In this document: piece by piece, positions 9,923 to 19,746 of the stretch
How the letters are laid out: each line of letters begins with the position of its first letter
How positions within the stretch are numbered: position 1 is the stretch's first letter
Source: an uncultured Candidatus Saccharibacteria bacterium
GTDB taxonomy: Bacteria > Patescibacteriota > Minisyncoccia > Phycocordibacterales > UBA9973
Length of the DNA: 64,000 bases
Direction of reading: 5' to 3'
NCBI GenBank assembly: GCA_964544225.1
Contig: CAZIZK010000002.1
Coordinates: 2,557 to 66,556, forward strand
Translations under genes and position numbers: made by a program
Notes under the pieces: generated by a model
What the model was told of the DNA's origin: nothing
Seen by the model: the letters and a program-made list of their open reading frames with translations, nothing else
Database searches by the model: none

Positions 9923-9950
9923 ATGACGCCACACAAAGACATTTCTTACA
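9923..9950 (-). promoter_or_regulatory. Second putative ECF-sigma promoter TGTAAG-N16-CGTCAT
   Basis: Minus strand TGTAAGAAAtgtctttgtgtggCGTCAT. Confidence 0.6.
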
Positions 9951-9997
9951 AATATGTCAAATGACTTAAATAAAGCTTTTTTGGTATAATATTTATC

Positions 9998-11236
9998 ATG
10001 ATACATAAAGATGAAAAAAGGGTAGTAATAGTTGGTGCAGGTTTTGCTGGTATACGGGCAGCGTTGGACTTGGAAGAAAGAAAGTTACCGAATACAAAGA
10101 TTACACTAATAGCCAACAAGCACCACTTTGAATATTATCCACGTATATATCGTGTGGTAACTGGTGAGAGTCCTTTGGAGGTGTGTATCCGACTCGATGA
10201 AATATTTGCTGGTACAGATGTAGACGTAATTGTAGACAGTGTTGCAAGTGTTGATACGGCCAATCATAAAGTTATCGGTTCAAGTGGCTCAAACTATGTA
10301 TATACCGACCTTGTTATGGCACTCGGTAGTGAGACAGTCTACTTTGGTATTGAAGGTGTAAAGGAAAGAGCCTATGGATTCAAATCAATAGAAGAAGCTC
10401 TAAAGTTAAAGGCACACTTGCACGATATGTTCGATAAATACCTCGCTTCTGATAAAGAGAATCTAGTATCACAATTGCATGTAGTTGTGGTAGGTGGTGG
10501 ACCATCAGGAGTAGAGTTCGCAGGTGAACTGAATAAATATATGCGTACATTAGCAAAGCGCCATGGTATAGACAATACATTTATAACCGTAGATATTGTG
10601 GAGGCAGCGCCAAGACTGGTGCCAATGTTGCCAGAAGATGTATCAAAGAAGATACATAAAAGGTTGCACAACTTGGGTGTAAACATATTCCTGAATCGAA
10701 CTGTGGTAAAGGAGGATGTAGACGAGATCGAGATGAAGGACATGTCTATGAAGACCAATACAATAGTTTGGACAGCAGGCTCACGACCGAACCACTTCTA
10801 CGCGACAGTTGCAGGGCTTGATCTACATAAAAGTGGCAGAGTGTTGGTAGACGAATATATGCAAGCTTCTAAATTGCCACATGTTTATATCCTTGGCGAT
10901 TCTGCCCTTACGAAATATTCAGGTTTGGCCCAAACTGCAATATACGATGGTGAGTTTATCGCAGATAATCTGTATAGGGAATATACAGGCAAGACAAAGA
11001 AGAAATATAACCCAAAGAAGGTTGCATATGCTGTGCCTGTTGGAAAACATTGGGCAGCTGTATCTGTCGGCCCGTTCAAGACATATGGGTTCATCGCATG
11101 GGTTATCCGCCAGATAGTGGACTTGCGATTCTTCCTTTCTATATTACCGTTCCGTAAAGCGTTACGAGCATTCCGATCTGAGGCACACTTGTGTGAATCA
11201 TGCGAGACTTGCGACGCATTGATAGATAAAGAATAA
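9998..11236 (+). CDS. ndh: Type II NADH dehydrogenase-like FAD-dependent oxidoreductase
   Basis: GAGFAG, VVVGGGPSGVEFAGE, VWTAG, GD motifs. Confidence 0.8.
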   Translation: MIHKDEKRVVIVGAGFAGIRAALDLEERKLPNTKITLIANKHHFEYYPRIYRVVTGESPLEVCIRLDEIFAGTDVDVIVDSVASVDTANHKVIGSSGSNYVYTDLVMALGSETVYFGIEGVKERAYGFKSIEEALKLKAHLHDMFDKYLASDKENLVSQLHVVVVGGGPSGVEFAGELNKYMRTLAKRHGIDNTFITVDIVEAAPRLVPMLPEDVSKKIHKRLHNLGVNIFLNRTVVKEDVDEIEMKDMSMKTNTIVWTAGSRPNHFYATVAGLDLHKSGRVLVDEYMQASKLPHVYILGDSALTKYSGLAQTAIYDGEFIADNLYREYTGKTKKKYNPKKVAYAVPVGKHWAAVSVGPFKTYGFIAWVIRQIVDLRFFLSILPFRKALRAFRSEAHLCESCETCDALIDKE

Positions 11237-11240
11237 TAAA

Positions 11241-11273
11241 TAAAAATCTGGAAGTAATACTTCCAGATTTTTA
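11241..11273. terminator. Bidirectional terminator between convergent ndh and murA
   Basis: taaaaatctggaagta-a-tacttccagattttta perfect inverted repeat. Confidence 0.7.
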
Positions 11274-11274
11274 T

Positions 11275-12786
11275 TTATTTTAATATCTTAATATTTGCAC
11301 CGATAGAGTTCAGGCGTTCGGCTATTTCTTCATAGCCACGGTTGATCATATACACATTGCGCAATATTGACGTACCTTCTGTACCTAACATCGATATGAG
11401 TATAGCCATCGATGGGCGTAGTGCCGGTGGGCAGACTATCTGGGCAGCCTTTAGCGGTGTTCCACCTTGGACATACAAGCGGTGTGGGTCAGCTAGTGTT
11501 ACATTTGCCCCTAGGCGGTTGAGCTCGGTAAAGTATATTGCACGGTTTTCATATACCCAGTCATGGATCATAGTTTGGCCCTTTGCACACACAGCAATAG
11601 GTACAAAGAAGGGTAGGTTATCCATATTGATACCTGGGTATGGGTTGGCATGGATCTTGTCATCTAGTGCTACTAATTTTGATGGGTGTATAACCAAGTC
11701 TACGAGCTTTGTACGGCCGTTGTTGGAATAATAATTTTTTGATATTTGATATTTTAGTCCCATACGACGAAGCTTCTCTAACTCAAGTGATAGGAAGTCG
11801 ATAGGTGCACGTGTAATAGCCAGTTCAGAGTCAGTCACAATAGCTGCTGCTATGAACATCATGCTTTCTATAGGGTCCTCACTATTGTGATACTCTACAT
11901 TCATATTTATATCTTTTACTCCGTGAACTGTCAGAGTGCTAGTACCTATACCGTCGATCTTCACCCCAAGTGTCTCAAGGAAGAAGCAGATTTCCTGCAC
12001 CATGTAGTTACTACTTGCGAACTTGATAGTTGTTACACCATCTATCTTCGATGCAGCTGTTAGGATATTTTCACAAGCAGTGTCACCGGCCTCGTACATT
12101 ACTAGGCTCTTTGCCTTTAGTTTGTTTGCTGTAACAATGTATTTATCATTTGTTGTTTTGACCTTGATACCAAGCTCTTCGAGTGCGTATGTGTGCGCAG
12201 CGATAGTACGCTTGCCGAGCTTGCATCCAGAAGCGTGGGGGAGTGAGAATGTTGGCAGTATGTGTGCAAGTGGACCCATGAGCATAATGATCGATCGTGT
12301 ACGGATAGCAGACTCGGTATTTATTTTATCTAGGGTAAAATTCTTTGGTGGAACTATCTCTACAGTGTTCTGTGCTGTCCAAGTAACTTTAACACCGATA
12401 CTTTCAAGTATTTCAATAACGCGATACACCTCTTCTATGCGGGCGATACCGTGTAGTGTTGTCTTGCCACGATTCAAGAGTGATGCGCATAGCAACCCTA
12501 CTGATCCGTTCTTTGAATAGTTGGTTTTAATACTACCGTGTAGCTTCCTACCACCTTCGATCTGAAAGTCGATAGAGTTGTTGATAGACACTATCTGGTG
12601 GTCCAGTACGTCACCAATTTTGCTAAGTATGTCTGTGCTGAAGTTCTGCTCACCCTTTTCCATGCGGGCAACCGCTGATTGGGAAGTGCCAAGAGCCTTG
12701 GCAAAAGCACCCTGGGTCATACCCCTGCGCTCACGTAATTCTTTTATAAATATAGCTATTTTCTGCTGATCACTTTGTTTCTTCAT
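11275..12786 (-). CDS. murA: UDP-N-acetylglucosamine 1-carboxyvinyltransferase with N-terminal XRE HTH (likely start 12786)
   Basis: N-terminal LRERRGMTQ..FA..LGTSQSAVARME; SKN, GCKLGKR catalytic Cys loop, YPG, RGYE. Confidence 0.9.
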   Translation of the reverse strand: MKKQSDQQKIAIFIKELRERRGMTQGAFAKALGTSQSAVARMEKGEQNFSTDILSKIGDVLDHQIVSINNSIDFQIEGGRKLHGSIKTNYSKNGSVGLLCASLLNRGKTTLHGIARIEEVYRVIEILESIGVKVTWTAQNTVEIVPPKNFTLDKINTESAIRTRSIIMLMGPLAHILPTFSLPHASGCKLGKRTIAAHTYALEELGIKVKTTNDKYIVTANKLKAKSLVMYEAGDTACENILTAASKIDGVTTIKFASSNYMVQEICFFLETLGVKIDGIGTSTLTVHGVKDINMNVEYHNSEDPIESMMFIAAAIVTDSELAITRAPIDFLSLELEKLRRMGLKYQISKNYYSNNGRTKLVDLVIHPSKLVALDDKIHANPYPGINMDNLPFFVPIAVCAKGQTMIHDWVYENRAIYFTELNRLGANVTLADPHRLYVQGGTPLKAAQIVCPPALRPSMAILISMLGTEGTSILRNVYMINRGYEEIAERLNSIGANIKILK

Positions 12787-12796
12787 ATTTGTATTA

Positions 12797-12814
12797 TATA
12801 TCATATATGATATA
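12797..12814. promoter_or_regulatory. 18-bp perfect palindrome overlapping divergent -10 boxes of murA and murB (candidate operator)
   Basis: TATATCATA|TATGATATA; TATAAT at 12811-16 (+) and 12793-98 (-), each 6 nt from an ATG. Confidence 0.55.
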
Positions 12815-12822
12815 ATTGCAAT

Positions 12823-13851
12823 ATGGATAACACGATAGACATATCAACATATACGACATTCAAACTGCCTGCCTATACACACAATATGGTTGTATTTACT
12901 GGTGGGGACATAAAGAAACTTGTAGACAGTATAGACAATAAATTGTTTGTTCTAGGTGGTGGGTCCAATATAATACTGCCGAAAGATATGACCAGTTTTA
13001 CTGTTTTAAAAATCGAAAATAAAGGTATAGAACAAGTGGAAGATGATAAAAATTCTGTAGTGCTGAAAGTAGCAAGCGGTGAATTGTGGGACGATGTGGT
13101 TGCCTATACAGTGGACCATAATTATTCTGGTATCGAAGCATTATCTGCAATACCGGGAACTTGCGGTGCAACACCAGTGCAGAATGTCGGTGCTTATGGG
13201 CAGGAGATCAAAGATGTCTTGGTATCTATCGACGCATATGATACACAGGCTGGCGAGATGGTTAGTATTGCAAATACTGAATGCGAATTTAGTTACCGTA
13301 TGAGTCGCTTTAAAAAGGACTGGAAGGGGAAATACATAATTACACATATAATACTAAAGCTTTCAAAGAATCCACCAAAATTACCAGATTACCCAGGTGT
13401 AAAAAAGTATTTTGAAGATAAAATAAATCCAACATTACAAGACATTCGTGATGCAATTATTGAAATACGTTGGTCCAAGTTACCAAAGCCAAGTGCCGTG
13501 CCGAATTGTGGATCATTTTTCGAAAATCCGATTGTAGACAAGAGTATTGCCGATACTATAAAAAAGGATTATCCAAACATGCCAACATTCTCTGTACCCA
13601 AGAGGCCAGACCTATTGGGTAAGAATAAAATAGATTTAGTAAAGATTCCGGCAGGATGGCTGATAGAAAATGCAGGTTTAAAGGGGGCAAACTTTGGAAG
13701 TGTAGGCACTTATGAAAAGAATGCTCTGGTATTGGTAAACCTAGGCTCTGCAACTCAGGATGATGTAATCAGTGCTCGGGATCAAATAATAAGTACTGTT
13801 TATGATAAATTTGGAATAACTCTCGAATCGGAACCGGAGATAATTACATAA
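12823..13851 (+). CDS. murB: UDP-N-acetylenolpyruvoylglucosamine reductase
   Basis: LGGGSN, IPGTCGATPVQNVGAYG, F.YR.S.FK, GSFF.NP, ALVLVN, LE.EP. Confidence 0.95.
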   Translation: MDNTIDISTYTTFKLPAYTHNMVVFTGGDIKKLVDSIDNKLFVLGGGSNIILPKDMTSFTVLKIENKGIEQVEDDKNSVVLKVASGELWDDVVAYTVDHNYSGIEALSAIPGTCGATPVQNVGAYGQEIKDVLVSIDAYDTQAGEMVSIANTECEFSYRMSRFKKDWKGKYIITHIILKLSKNPPKLPDYPGVKKYFEDKINPTLQDIRDAIIEIRWSKLPKPSAVPNCGSFFENPIVDKSIADTIKKDYPNMPTFSVPKRPDLLGKNKIDLVKIPAGWLIENAGLKGANFGSVGTYEKNALVLVNLGSATQDDVISARDQIISTVYDKFGITLESEPEIIT

Positions 13852-13890
13852 AAAACTTAGTAGTCGGACCACTAAGTGTTTTATTGTTTG

Positions 13891-13971
13891 TGCTCGGGAG
13901 AGGACTCGAACCTCCACCCCTTGCGAGAGACGATTTTGAGTCGTCCGCGTATACCATTCCGCCACCCGAGC
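13891..13971 (-). tRNA. tRNA-Leu (anticodon CAA)
   Basis: Reverse complement GCTCGGG TGGCGGAATGGTATACGC GGACGA-CT-CAA-AA-TCGTC, long variable arm, GGTTCGAGTCC, CCCGAGC A; no encoded CCA. Confidence 0.95.
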
Positions 13972-14056
13972 GTATTTAAGATGCTTGCATATTCTATCAA
14001 AAAAATAGGAAAAAGCAATTTTTGTTTATGTAAAAATTTTATGCTAAAATATCCCT

Positions 14057-15058
14057 ATGTCACAACTATACAGTAACTCAATATTTTGGATTGATGTAGA
14101 TAAGATCAAACCAAACCCATATCAGCCACGTCGCGAGTTCGACGAAGCCCGTCTAAAGGACCTCTCTGACTCTATTCGCCAATACGGTATACTTCAACCA
14201 CTGACAGTATCTAGAACTGAGGTTATAAAAGAAGATGGCGGTATTGCTGTGGAATACGAATTGATCGCCGGCGAGCGTAGACTCCGTGCTTCTAAATTAG
14301 CAGGCTTGCGTGAAGTACCTGTGGTGATCCGTGTGGGTGACAACAGTATGGCCAAGTTGGAGCTAGCAATTATAGAGAACTTGCAACGCGAAGACTTGAA
14401 CGCTGTAGAGCGTGCCCGTGCATTTATGCGCCTAGCAGAAGAGTTCAAATTCACTCATGCACAGATCGGTGCAAAGGTGGGTAAGAGTCGCGAATATGTT
14501 TCCAATACTTTGCGCCTATTGTCATTACCTCAGGAAGTTCTGGATGCACTATCTGCTGGCAAGATCACCGAGGGGCATACTCGCCCTATCATGATGCTTG
14601 TAGATAGGCCCGAGGAGCAGATGGTATTGTTCAAGGAAATAATGTTCAAGAAGATCAATGTTCGCGACGCAGAAAAGATGGCTCGCAAGGTAGCTGTGGA
14701 TCGTGTCAGGAAGAAGGAGTATATGCCAGACCCCGAGATATCTATGATGGAGGAAAAACTGCAAGAGACTCTAGGTACTCGCGTACATATCGAAAAGGGT
14801 GCAGTAGGTGGGCAGATCACTATCGACTTCTTCTCGAACGAAGATTTGCAGACAATACTGGACATGATCAAGAGCAATGAAGCAACAGACAAACACGCTA
14901 TGTTTAAGAAGTATGAAGCAAGCCAGCCTCAGGCTGTGGTGGTAGAATCAAAAGAAGAAATATTTGATGAAGCACCTATTGATGATCGTACAAAAGAAGA
15001 GGTCCAAGAGTCCGAGAAAGAAGCTGACTTGTACAATATCACCAACTTCTCTTTATAA
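14057..15058 (+). CDS. parB: ParB/Spo0J chromosome partitioning protein
   Basis: PNPYQPRREF, SI.QYGILQP, LIAGERRLRA, IENLQREDLN. Confidence 0.95.
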   Translation: MSQLYSNSIFWIDVDKIKPNPYQPRREFDEARLKDLSDSIRQYGILQPLTVSRTEVIKEDGGIAVEYELIAGERRLRASKLAGLREVPVVIRVGDNSMAKLELAIIENLQREDLNAVERARAFMRLAEEFKFTHAQIGAKVGKSREYVSNTLRLLSLPQEVLDALSAGKITEGHTRPIMMLVDRPEEQMVLFKEIMFKKINVRDAEKMARKVAVDRVRKKEYMPDPEISMMEEKLQETLGTRVHIEKGAVGGQITIDFFSNEDLQTILDMIKSNEATDKHAMFKKYEASQPQAVVVESKEEIFDEAPIDDRTKEEVQESEKEADLYNITNFSL

Positions 15059-16549
15059 TTAAAATTTGGTATAAGAACGCAGTCTTGAAAGAAGGCTGTT
15101 TTCTTTTAGATATGAGCTAATCTGTTTTTTTGCAAGACTTGTTTTTACATTATCTAGCCATTTACTGGATGGGTTTGATTTTTTATTTACTTTTACTTCT
15201 ACCATGTCATTGTTGTGAAGTTTTGTAAAAAGTGTAGCTATTTTGCCATTTATCTTTGCACTTTGGGCATGATTACCTATATCTGAATGTATAGCATAAG
15301 CAAAGTCGATAATAGTTGAATCTTCGGGTAAGTCTACAACATCACCCTTTGGTGTTAGTACGAATATTCGATCTTTAAAAAGATCCATTTTTAAATGTTC
15401 TAGGAACTTTTCAGGGTTTATCTTTTTTTCTTCTAGGTCTTTTAGTTCTTCTAACCATTCAAGATTCTTAGGACCAAGCATATTGTCATCGGTAACATGC
15501 TTCTTATTCTTTCTGTTACTTTCTTCTTTGTATATAAAGTGTGCTGCAACACCGTATGCAGCTTCAGCGTGCATTTCTGGTGTGCGTATTTGTATCTCGA
15601 CTATACCACCATTACCTGTAAATATAGTGGTGTGTAGACTTCGATAACCATTTGGCTTTGGCATAGCTATATAGTCTTTTATGCGTCCTGGCATAGGTCG
15701 CCACAACATATGTATGAGTCCAAGTGTTCTGTAGCAGTCTTCAATATCTTTTACTATTACTCGGATAGCTACAATATCGTATATCTTATTTATATCCATT
15801 TCGTAGCGCTTTAATTTTTGCCATAGACTGTACTTATGCTTCTCGCGCTCATCTATCTCAATGACTTTTATATTATTCTTTTCTAATTCTTTTTTTAAAT
15901 CTTCTGATACTATTTCTAATTCTTTTTTATTTGAGTTAGACTTTTCTTTCAAAAGTTCTTCAACTTTGGCATAATCTTCTGGAAATACATAAGGGAAAGC
16001 CGCGTCTTCAAGAGCACCTTTTAACTTACCCATACCAATACGGTCAGCTAGGCGAGCATGTATTTGGATAGTTTCGAGTGCTATGCGATAACGTTTGTCT
16101 TCGCGAACGTATTGGAGTGTGCGTACATTGTGTAATCTGTCTGCCAATTTTATAATAAGTACTCTTAGATCTTCAGCTACAGCCATGAAGAACTTACGCA
16201 GACTCTCTACATGGCGTTCTGCGCCACGATACTTTAATTTACCAAGTTTAGTGACACCTTTTACTAGGCGAACTATCTCTGCACCGAACTCTTTCTCCAT
16301 CTCTTCTTCCGTGATTTCTGTATCTTCGAGTGTATCATGTAGCAATCCTGCACCTATAGTATTGGCATCCATACCAAAACCTGCCAATATCTTTGCAGTT
16401 TCGAATACATGTATAAAGTAGGGTTCACCACTGTTGCGCTTCTGACCCTCATGGGCACGCATAGCAAAATCGTAAGCTTTCTGTATTAGGGCCTTGTCAG
16501 CCTTGTTTAGCTTGTGAGCTTGTTCAAATATTTCATTGATATCTGGCAT
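15059..16549 (-). CDS. RelA/SpoT-family (p)ppGpp synthetase/hydrolase (HD-SYNTH-TGS, no ACT)
   Basis: H.GQ.R.SGEPY..H, LLHDTLED, KLADRLHN, KDYIA.PK.NGYRSLHT, EIQIRT, TPKGD..DFAYAIHS. Confidence 0.9.
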   Translation of the reverse strand: MPDINEIFEQAHKLNKADKALIQKAYDFAMRAHEGQKRNSGEPYFIHVFETAKILAGFGMDANTIGAGLLHDTLEDTEITEEEMEKEFGAEIVRLVKGVTKLGKLKYRGAERHVESLRKFFMAVAEDLRVLIIKLADRLHNVRTLQYVREDKRYRIALETIQIHARLADRIGMGKLKGALEDAAFPYVFPEDYAKVEELLKEKSNSNKKELEIVSEDLKKELEKNNIKVIEIDEREKHKYSLWQKLKRYEMDINKIYDIVAIRVIVKDIEDCYRTLGLIHMLWRPMPGRIKDYIAMPKPNGYRSLHTTIFTGNGGIVEIQIRTPEMHAEAAYGVAAHFIYKEESNRKNKKHVTDDNMLGPKNLEWLEELKDLEEKKINPEKFLEHLKMDLFKDRIFVLTPKGDVVDLPEDSTIIDFAYAIHSDIGNHAQSAKINGKIATLFTKLHNNDMVEVKVNKKSNPSSKWLDNVKTSLAKKQISSYLKENSLLSRLRSYTKF

Positions 16550-16588
16550 ATATTCAGTATACACCATTGGTAAAATATCGGAAATAAA

Positions 16589-18859
16589 TTATTTCTTGTT
16601 ATTTACCAGATTGTCGTCGAGTTTATGAGGGTTGTGGTTCTTACACATCTTGTTGGAACAACGCTCGGGGATTGTCTTTGTACCTTCCATCATTAATGAT
16701 CCACAGTATTTACATATATTGCCTGTCGGCTTTGCCTTTATAGCGTTCTTGCAGTCTGGGTAGTTAGAACAAGAATAGAATATTCCAAATCGGCCACGGC
16801 GCTCCATCATGAGGCCCTTTTTACAAGTAGGGCATTGTACATCTGTCATCTTCTTTTTCTTTTCCTCTTCATCCTCCTCTATATATTTACACTTTGGATA
16901 GCGTGAACATGATATGAATGAGCCAAATTTACCTTCGCGTAGTACTAGGTGGCCGAGTTCTGGTACCTTTGTACTCTTGCGCTTCTTTCTGCCATTTTTA
17001 TCTAGGCCAGAGTCTTCCACAGCGGTGCCACACTTTGGACAAGGGCGGCCTAGGTCCTTTGGACCTTCGAGTTCTTTACCTTCTAGATTCCTCGCACCGA
17101 CACAGTCTGGGTAGTTAGCACATGAATAGAACTTGCCATTGCGAGCCAATTTTACAATCATGTTGCCACCACACTTTGGGCACACCATATCATCTGGTGC
17201 GTCACCCATGTTTGTGGCTTTAGCCAATTTGTCCTTTTCCTTCAATTCCTTTTGAAATGGAAGATAGAAATCTTTCAAAGTCTTTTCATATTCGCGTTCA
17301 CCATTAGAAATATCATCGAGCTTGTCCTCCATGTCGGCAGTAAATGTATCAGAAATATATTCAGCAAAGTTATCTTCCAAGAAGCTCGATACCACATCGC
17401 CAGTATCAGTAGGGAAAAGTGTACGGCCTTCTTTGTTTACATAACCGCGCTCTTCTATAGTACGCATAATAGACGCGTATGTAGATGGGCGGCCAATACC
17501 ACGAGCTTCCAACTCTTTCACAAGGCCTGCTTCTGTATAGCGACCAGGTGGAGTAGTTGCCTTCTCAGTATCTTTTAGTTCGATCAATTTCAATTCTGCG
17601 CCTACTTGCATCTCGGGTAGTTCCACATCTTCACCGCGAGCATCTGTGTCGCAGGCAAGCCAGCCCGGGAACAATACTCGGGATCCATTGGCAGTAAAGT
17701 CAGGGATAGAACCTTCTTTTATATTTGCCACTATCTTTGTCTTCATTAATTTTGCATCAGACATCTGGCTCGACACTACACGCTCCCATATCAGGCGATA
17801 CAGTCTCTTCTGTTCTTCATTATTACCAACACTTATCAAGTCAACATGAGTTGGGCGGATGGCTTCGTGGGCTTCTTGGGCGTTCTTTGACTTTGTCTTG
17901 TATGAATGAACTTCGGCATATTCACTACCATACTTCTTCTCGATAACTTTTATTATCTGATCCTGTGCAACTTTTGAAATATTTGTACTGTCGGTACGCA
18001 TGTATGTAATATGACCAGCTTCGTACAACTTCTGTGCGACTTGCATAGTGCGTGAAGGGGAGAAGCCGAGGCGTGATGATGCCACCTGTTGTAGCGTACT
18101 TGTAGTAAATGGCGCACGGGGTGAACGCTTCTGCTCGCTCGCTTTCAGGTCAGTGATATACCACTTATTACTATTGCCAAGTTCCAATATCTTGTCGACA
18201 ACTTTTTTGTCGCGAGGTTCCTCGACACATGACAATGTTAATTTGTCTTTTTTGTTTGTTTCGAATAACCCTTCGAGTACCCAGTATTGTTCTGGTACGA
18301 ATGCACGGATCTCGCGCTCGCGTTCCATGATGATACGTAGTGCAGGGGACTGCACACGGCCAGCACTCAAACCATAGCGCACCTTCTTCCATATTATTCC
18401 TGACAAATCATAACCCACTAGGCGGTCCAATACACGGCGAGCTTCTTGAGCACGACGTAGATCGGTGTCGATCTTCCTCGGTTCCTTCAATGCTTCCTCT
18501 ACTGCTTCCTTTGTAATCTCGTGGAAAGTCACACGCTTTATAGGGGCCTTCACCTTCTTATCACTTTTCAATAGTTCTTCGATATGCCAAGCGATGGCTT
18601 CACCTTCGCGGTCCGGGTCGGTTGCAAGCATTATTTCCTTTGCACCTTCAGCTAAGTGTTGAAGTTCGCTAACCACTTTTTCTTTGCCTTTTGATATTTC
18701 GTAATGCGGAATAAAGCCACCGGGTATGTCGATAGCTTTCTTGTTAGACTTTGGCAAGTCACGCACGTGACCTACAGACGCACGCACAGTATATGCACCG
18801 TCCAGATACTTCTCTATAGTCTTTGCTTTACTTGGTGATTCTACGATTAACAACTTCAT
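16589..18859 (-). CDS. topA: DNA topoisomerase I
   Basis: IVESPSKAK, ATDPDREGEAI, SAGRVQS, ITYMRTDS, AHEAIRPT, C-terminal Zn ribbons. Confidence 0.97.
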   Translation of the reverse strand: MKLLIVESPSKAKTIEKYLDGAYTVRASVGHVRDLPKSNKKAIDIPGGFIPHYEISKGKEKVVSELQHLAEGAKEIMLATDPDREGEAIAWHIEELLKSDKKVKAPIKRVTFHEITKEAVEEALKEPRKIDTDLRRAQEARRVLDRLVGYDLSGIIWKKVRYGLSAGRVQSPALRIIMEREREIRAFVPEQYWVLEGLFETNKKDKLTLSCVEEPRDKKVVDKILELGNSNKWYITDLKASEQKRSPRAPFTTSTLQQVASSRLGFSPSRTMQVAQKLYEAGHITYMRTDSTNISKVAQDQIIKVIEKKYGSEYAEVHSYKTKSKNAQEAHEAIRPTHVDLISVGNNEEQKRLYRLIWERVVSSQMSDAKLMKTKIVANIKEGSIPDFTANGSRVLFPGWLACDTDARGEDVELPEMQVGAELKLIELKDTEKATTPPGRYTEAGLVKELEARGIGRPSTYASIMRTIEERGYVNKEGRTLFPTDTGDVVSSFLEDNFAEYISDTFTADMEDKLDDISNGEREYEKTLKDFYLPFQKELKEKDKLAKATNMGDAPDDMVCPKCGGNMIVKLARNGKFYSCANYPDCVGARNLEGKELEGPKDLGRPCPKCGTAVEDSGLDKNGRKKRKSTKVPELGHLVLREGKFGSFISCSRYPKCKYIEEDEEEKKKKMTDVQCPTCKKGLMMERRGRFGIFYSCSNYPDCKNAIKAKPTGNICKYCGSLMMEGTKTIPERCSNKMCKNHNPHKLDDNLVNNKK

Positions 18860-18980
18860 CCCGTTAGAAGTAGAGAATCTTTAGATTCTCGTACATAACT
18901 TAAATTAATAAAATCAAAATATTACGATTATTTGAATATAATTCCCGTAGCTTGAATAACATATATGACTTCTAACGGGA
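18859..18980. mobile_element. ~122-bp inverted-repeat (MITE/REP-like) element inserted at the topA start codon
   Basis: 13-bp terminal IR TCCCGTTAGAAGT...ACTTCTAACGGGA; ATGAA present on both sides in gene orientation. Confidence 0.75.
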
Positions 18981-19076
18981 TTCATATCTGCCCAGTATTA
19001 CACGAAACATAATTTTTTTGCAAATTAAATGACCGATGCGTATAAATACGACACCGGCCATTTTGTGAAATTTGTC

Positions 19077-19568
19077 CTACTGAACCTCGTAAGTTCTATA
19101 GGCTAAAATGCTATCTTTTTTTATTAATTCTCTAATTTTAGGATTGCATTTTATAACAAGCTTAGAACAATGATTATACAAATAATCCTGTAAATCATTT
19201 TCTGTTTTAAAAAAAGTTCCACTAGTTCTATTTGTGTCTGACATCACGAATTCAATAATCGGGTTTTTTGCTGTATCGTTTCTTATCTCGAATATTGAAA
19301 AATCATCAGGTGTAAAATAATTTACCAAGGTGTCTTTTCTAAAGACCCATTTGAAATAGAACTTACTCCTACGATATTTCTTGTCATATCCTAATATGTG
19401 GTCTGAATCAATGGACATCAAGGGGAATGTTTGAGAAGAGAGTTTGTATTTTTTCTCATATTCTTTACCCCTGTTTATTCCTTCTTGAAATGCAAACTGG
19501 TCACAAGACACAACCAGCAAACTAATAAAAATGATAGATAAATAATAGTAATTTTTCATAACTGACAA
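19077..19568 (-). CDS. Hypothetical lipoprotein-like protein (AT-rich ORFan)
   Basis: Hydrophobic N-terminus ending in lipobox-like LVVSC. Confidence 0.6.
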   Translation of the reverse strand: MSVMKNYYYLSIIFISLLVVSCDQFAFQEGINRGKEYEKKYKLSSQTFPLMSIDSDHILGYDKKYRRSKFYFKWVFRKDTLVNYFTPDDFSIFEIRNDTAKNPIIEFVMSDTNRTSGTFFKTENDLQDYLYNHCSKLVIKCNPKIRELIKKDSILAYRTYEVQ

Positions 19569-19608
19569 TTTTAATTTTTTATTAGTCTATAATATAAAAT
19601 AGCACTTG

Positions 19609-19654
19609 TCAAGTTCTCCTTATTTCCCCATACTCTTCCCTTATTAAATCTTTT
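19609..19654 (-). pseudogene. Orphaned duplicate of the dprA 3' end
   Basis: 19616-19654 matches 20595-20633 at 34/39 nt; translates KDLIREEYGEIRRT* versus dprA KDLIKEEYGEIRRI*. Confidence 0.75.
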
Positions 19655-19746
19655 GCAAATTTCACCTTATGTAATTAAGGACTTTTTACTATTGACTTTT
19701 TAGTATAAATATTGTAATTTTGGTTTAAAATAATATTAATTTAATA

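Noticed and set aside
13741-13965. 74-aa ORF MAEWYTRTTQN...
   Set aside because: It is a translation of the tRNA-Leu gene.
18860-18985. In-frame N-terminal extension of TopA through the element (126 nt between the two ATGs)
   Set aside because: The frame contains TGA and two TAA stops; the other two copies have 127- and 125-nt spacings.
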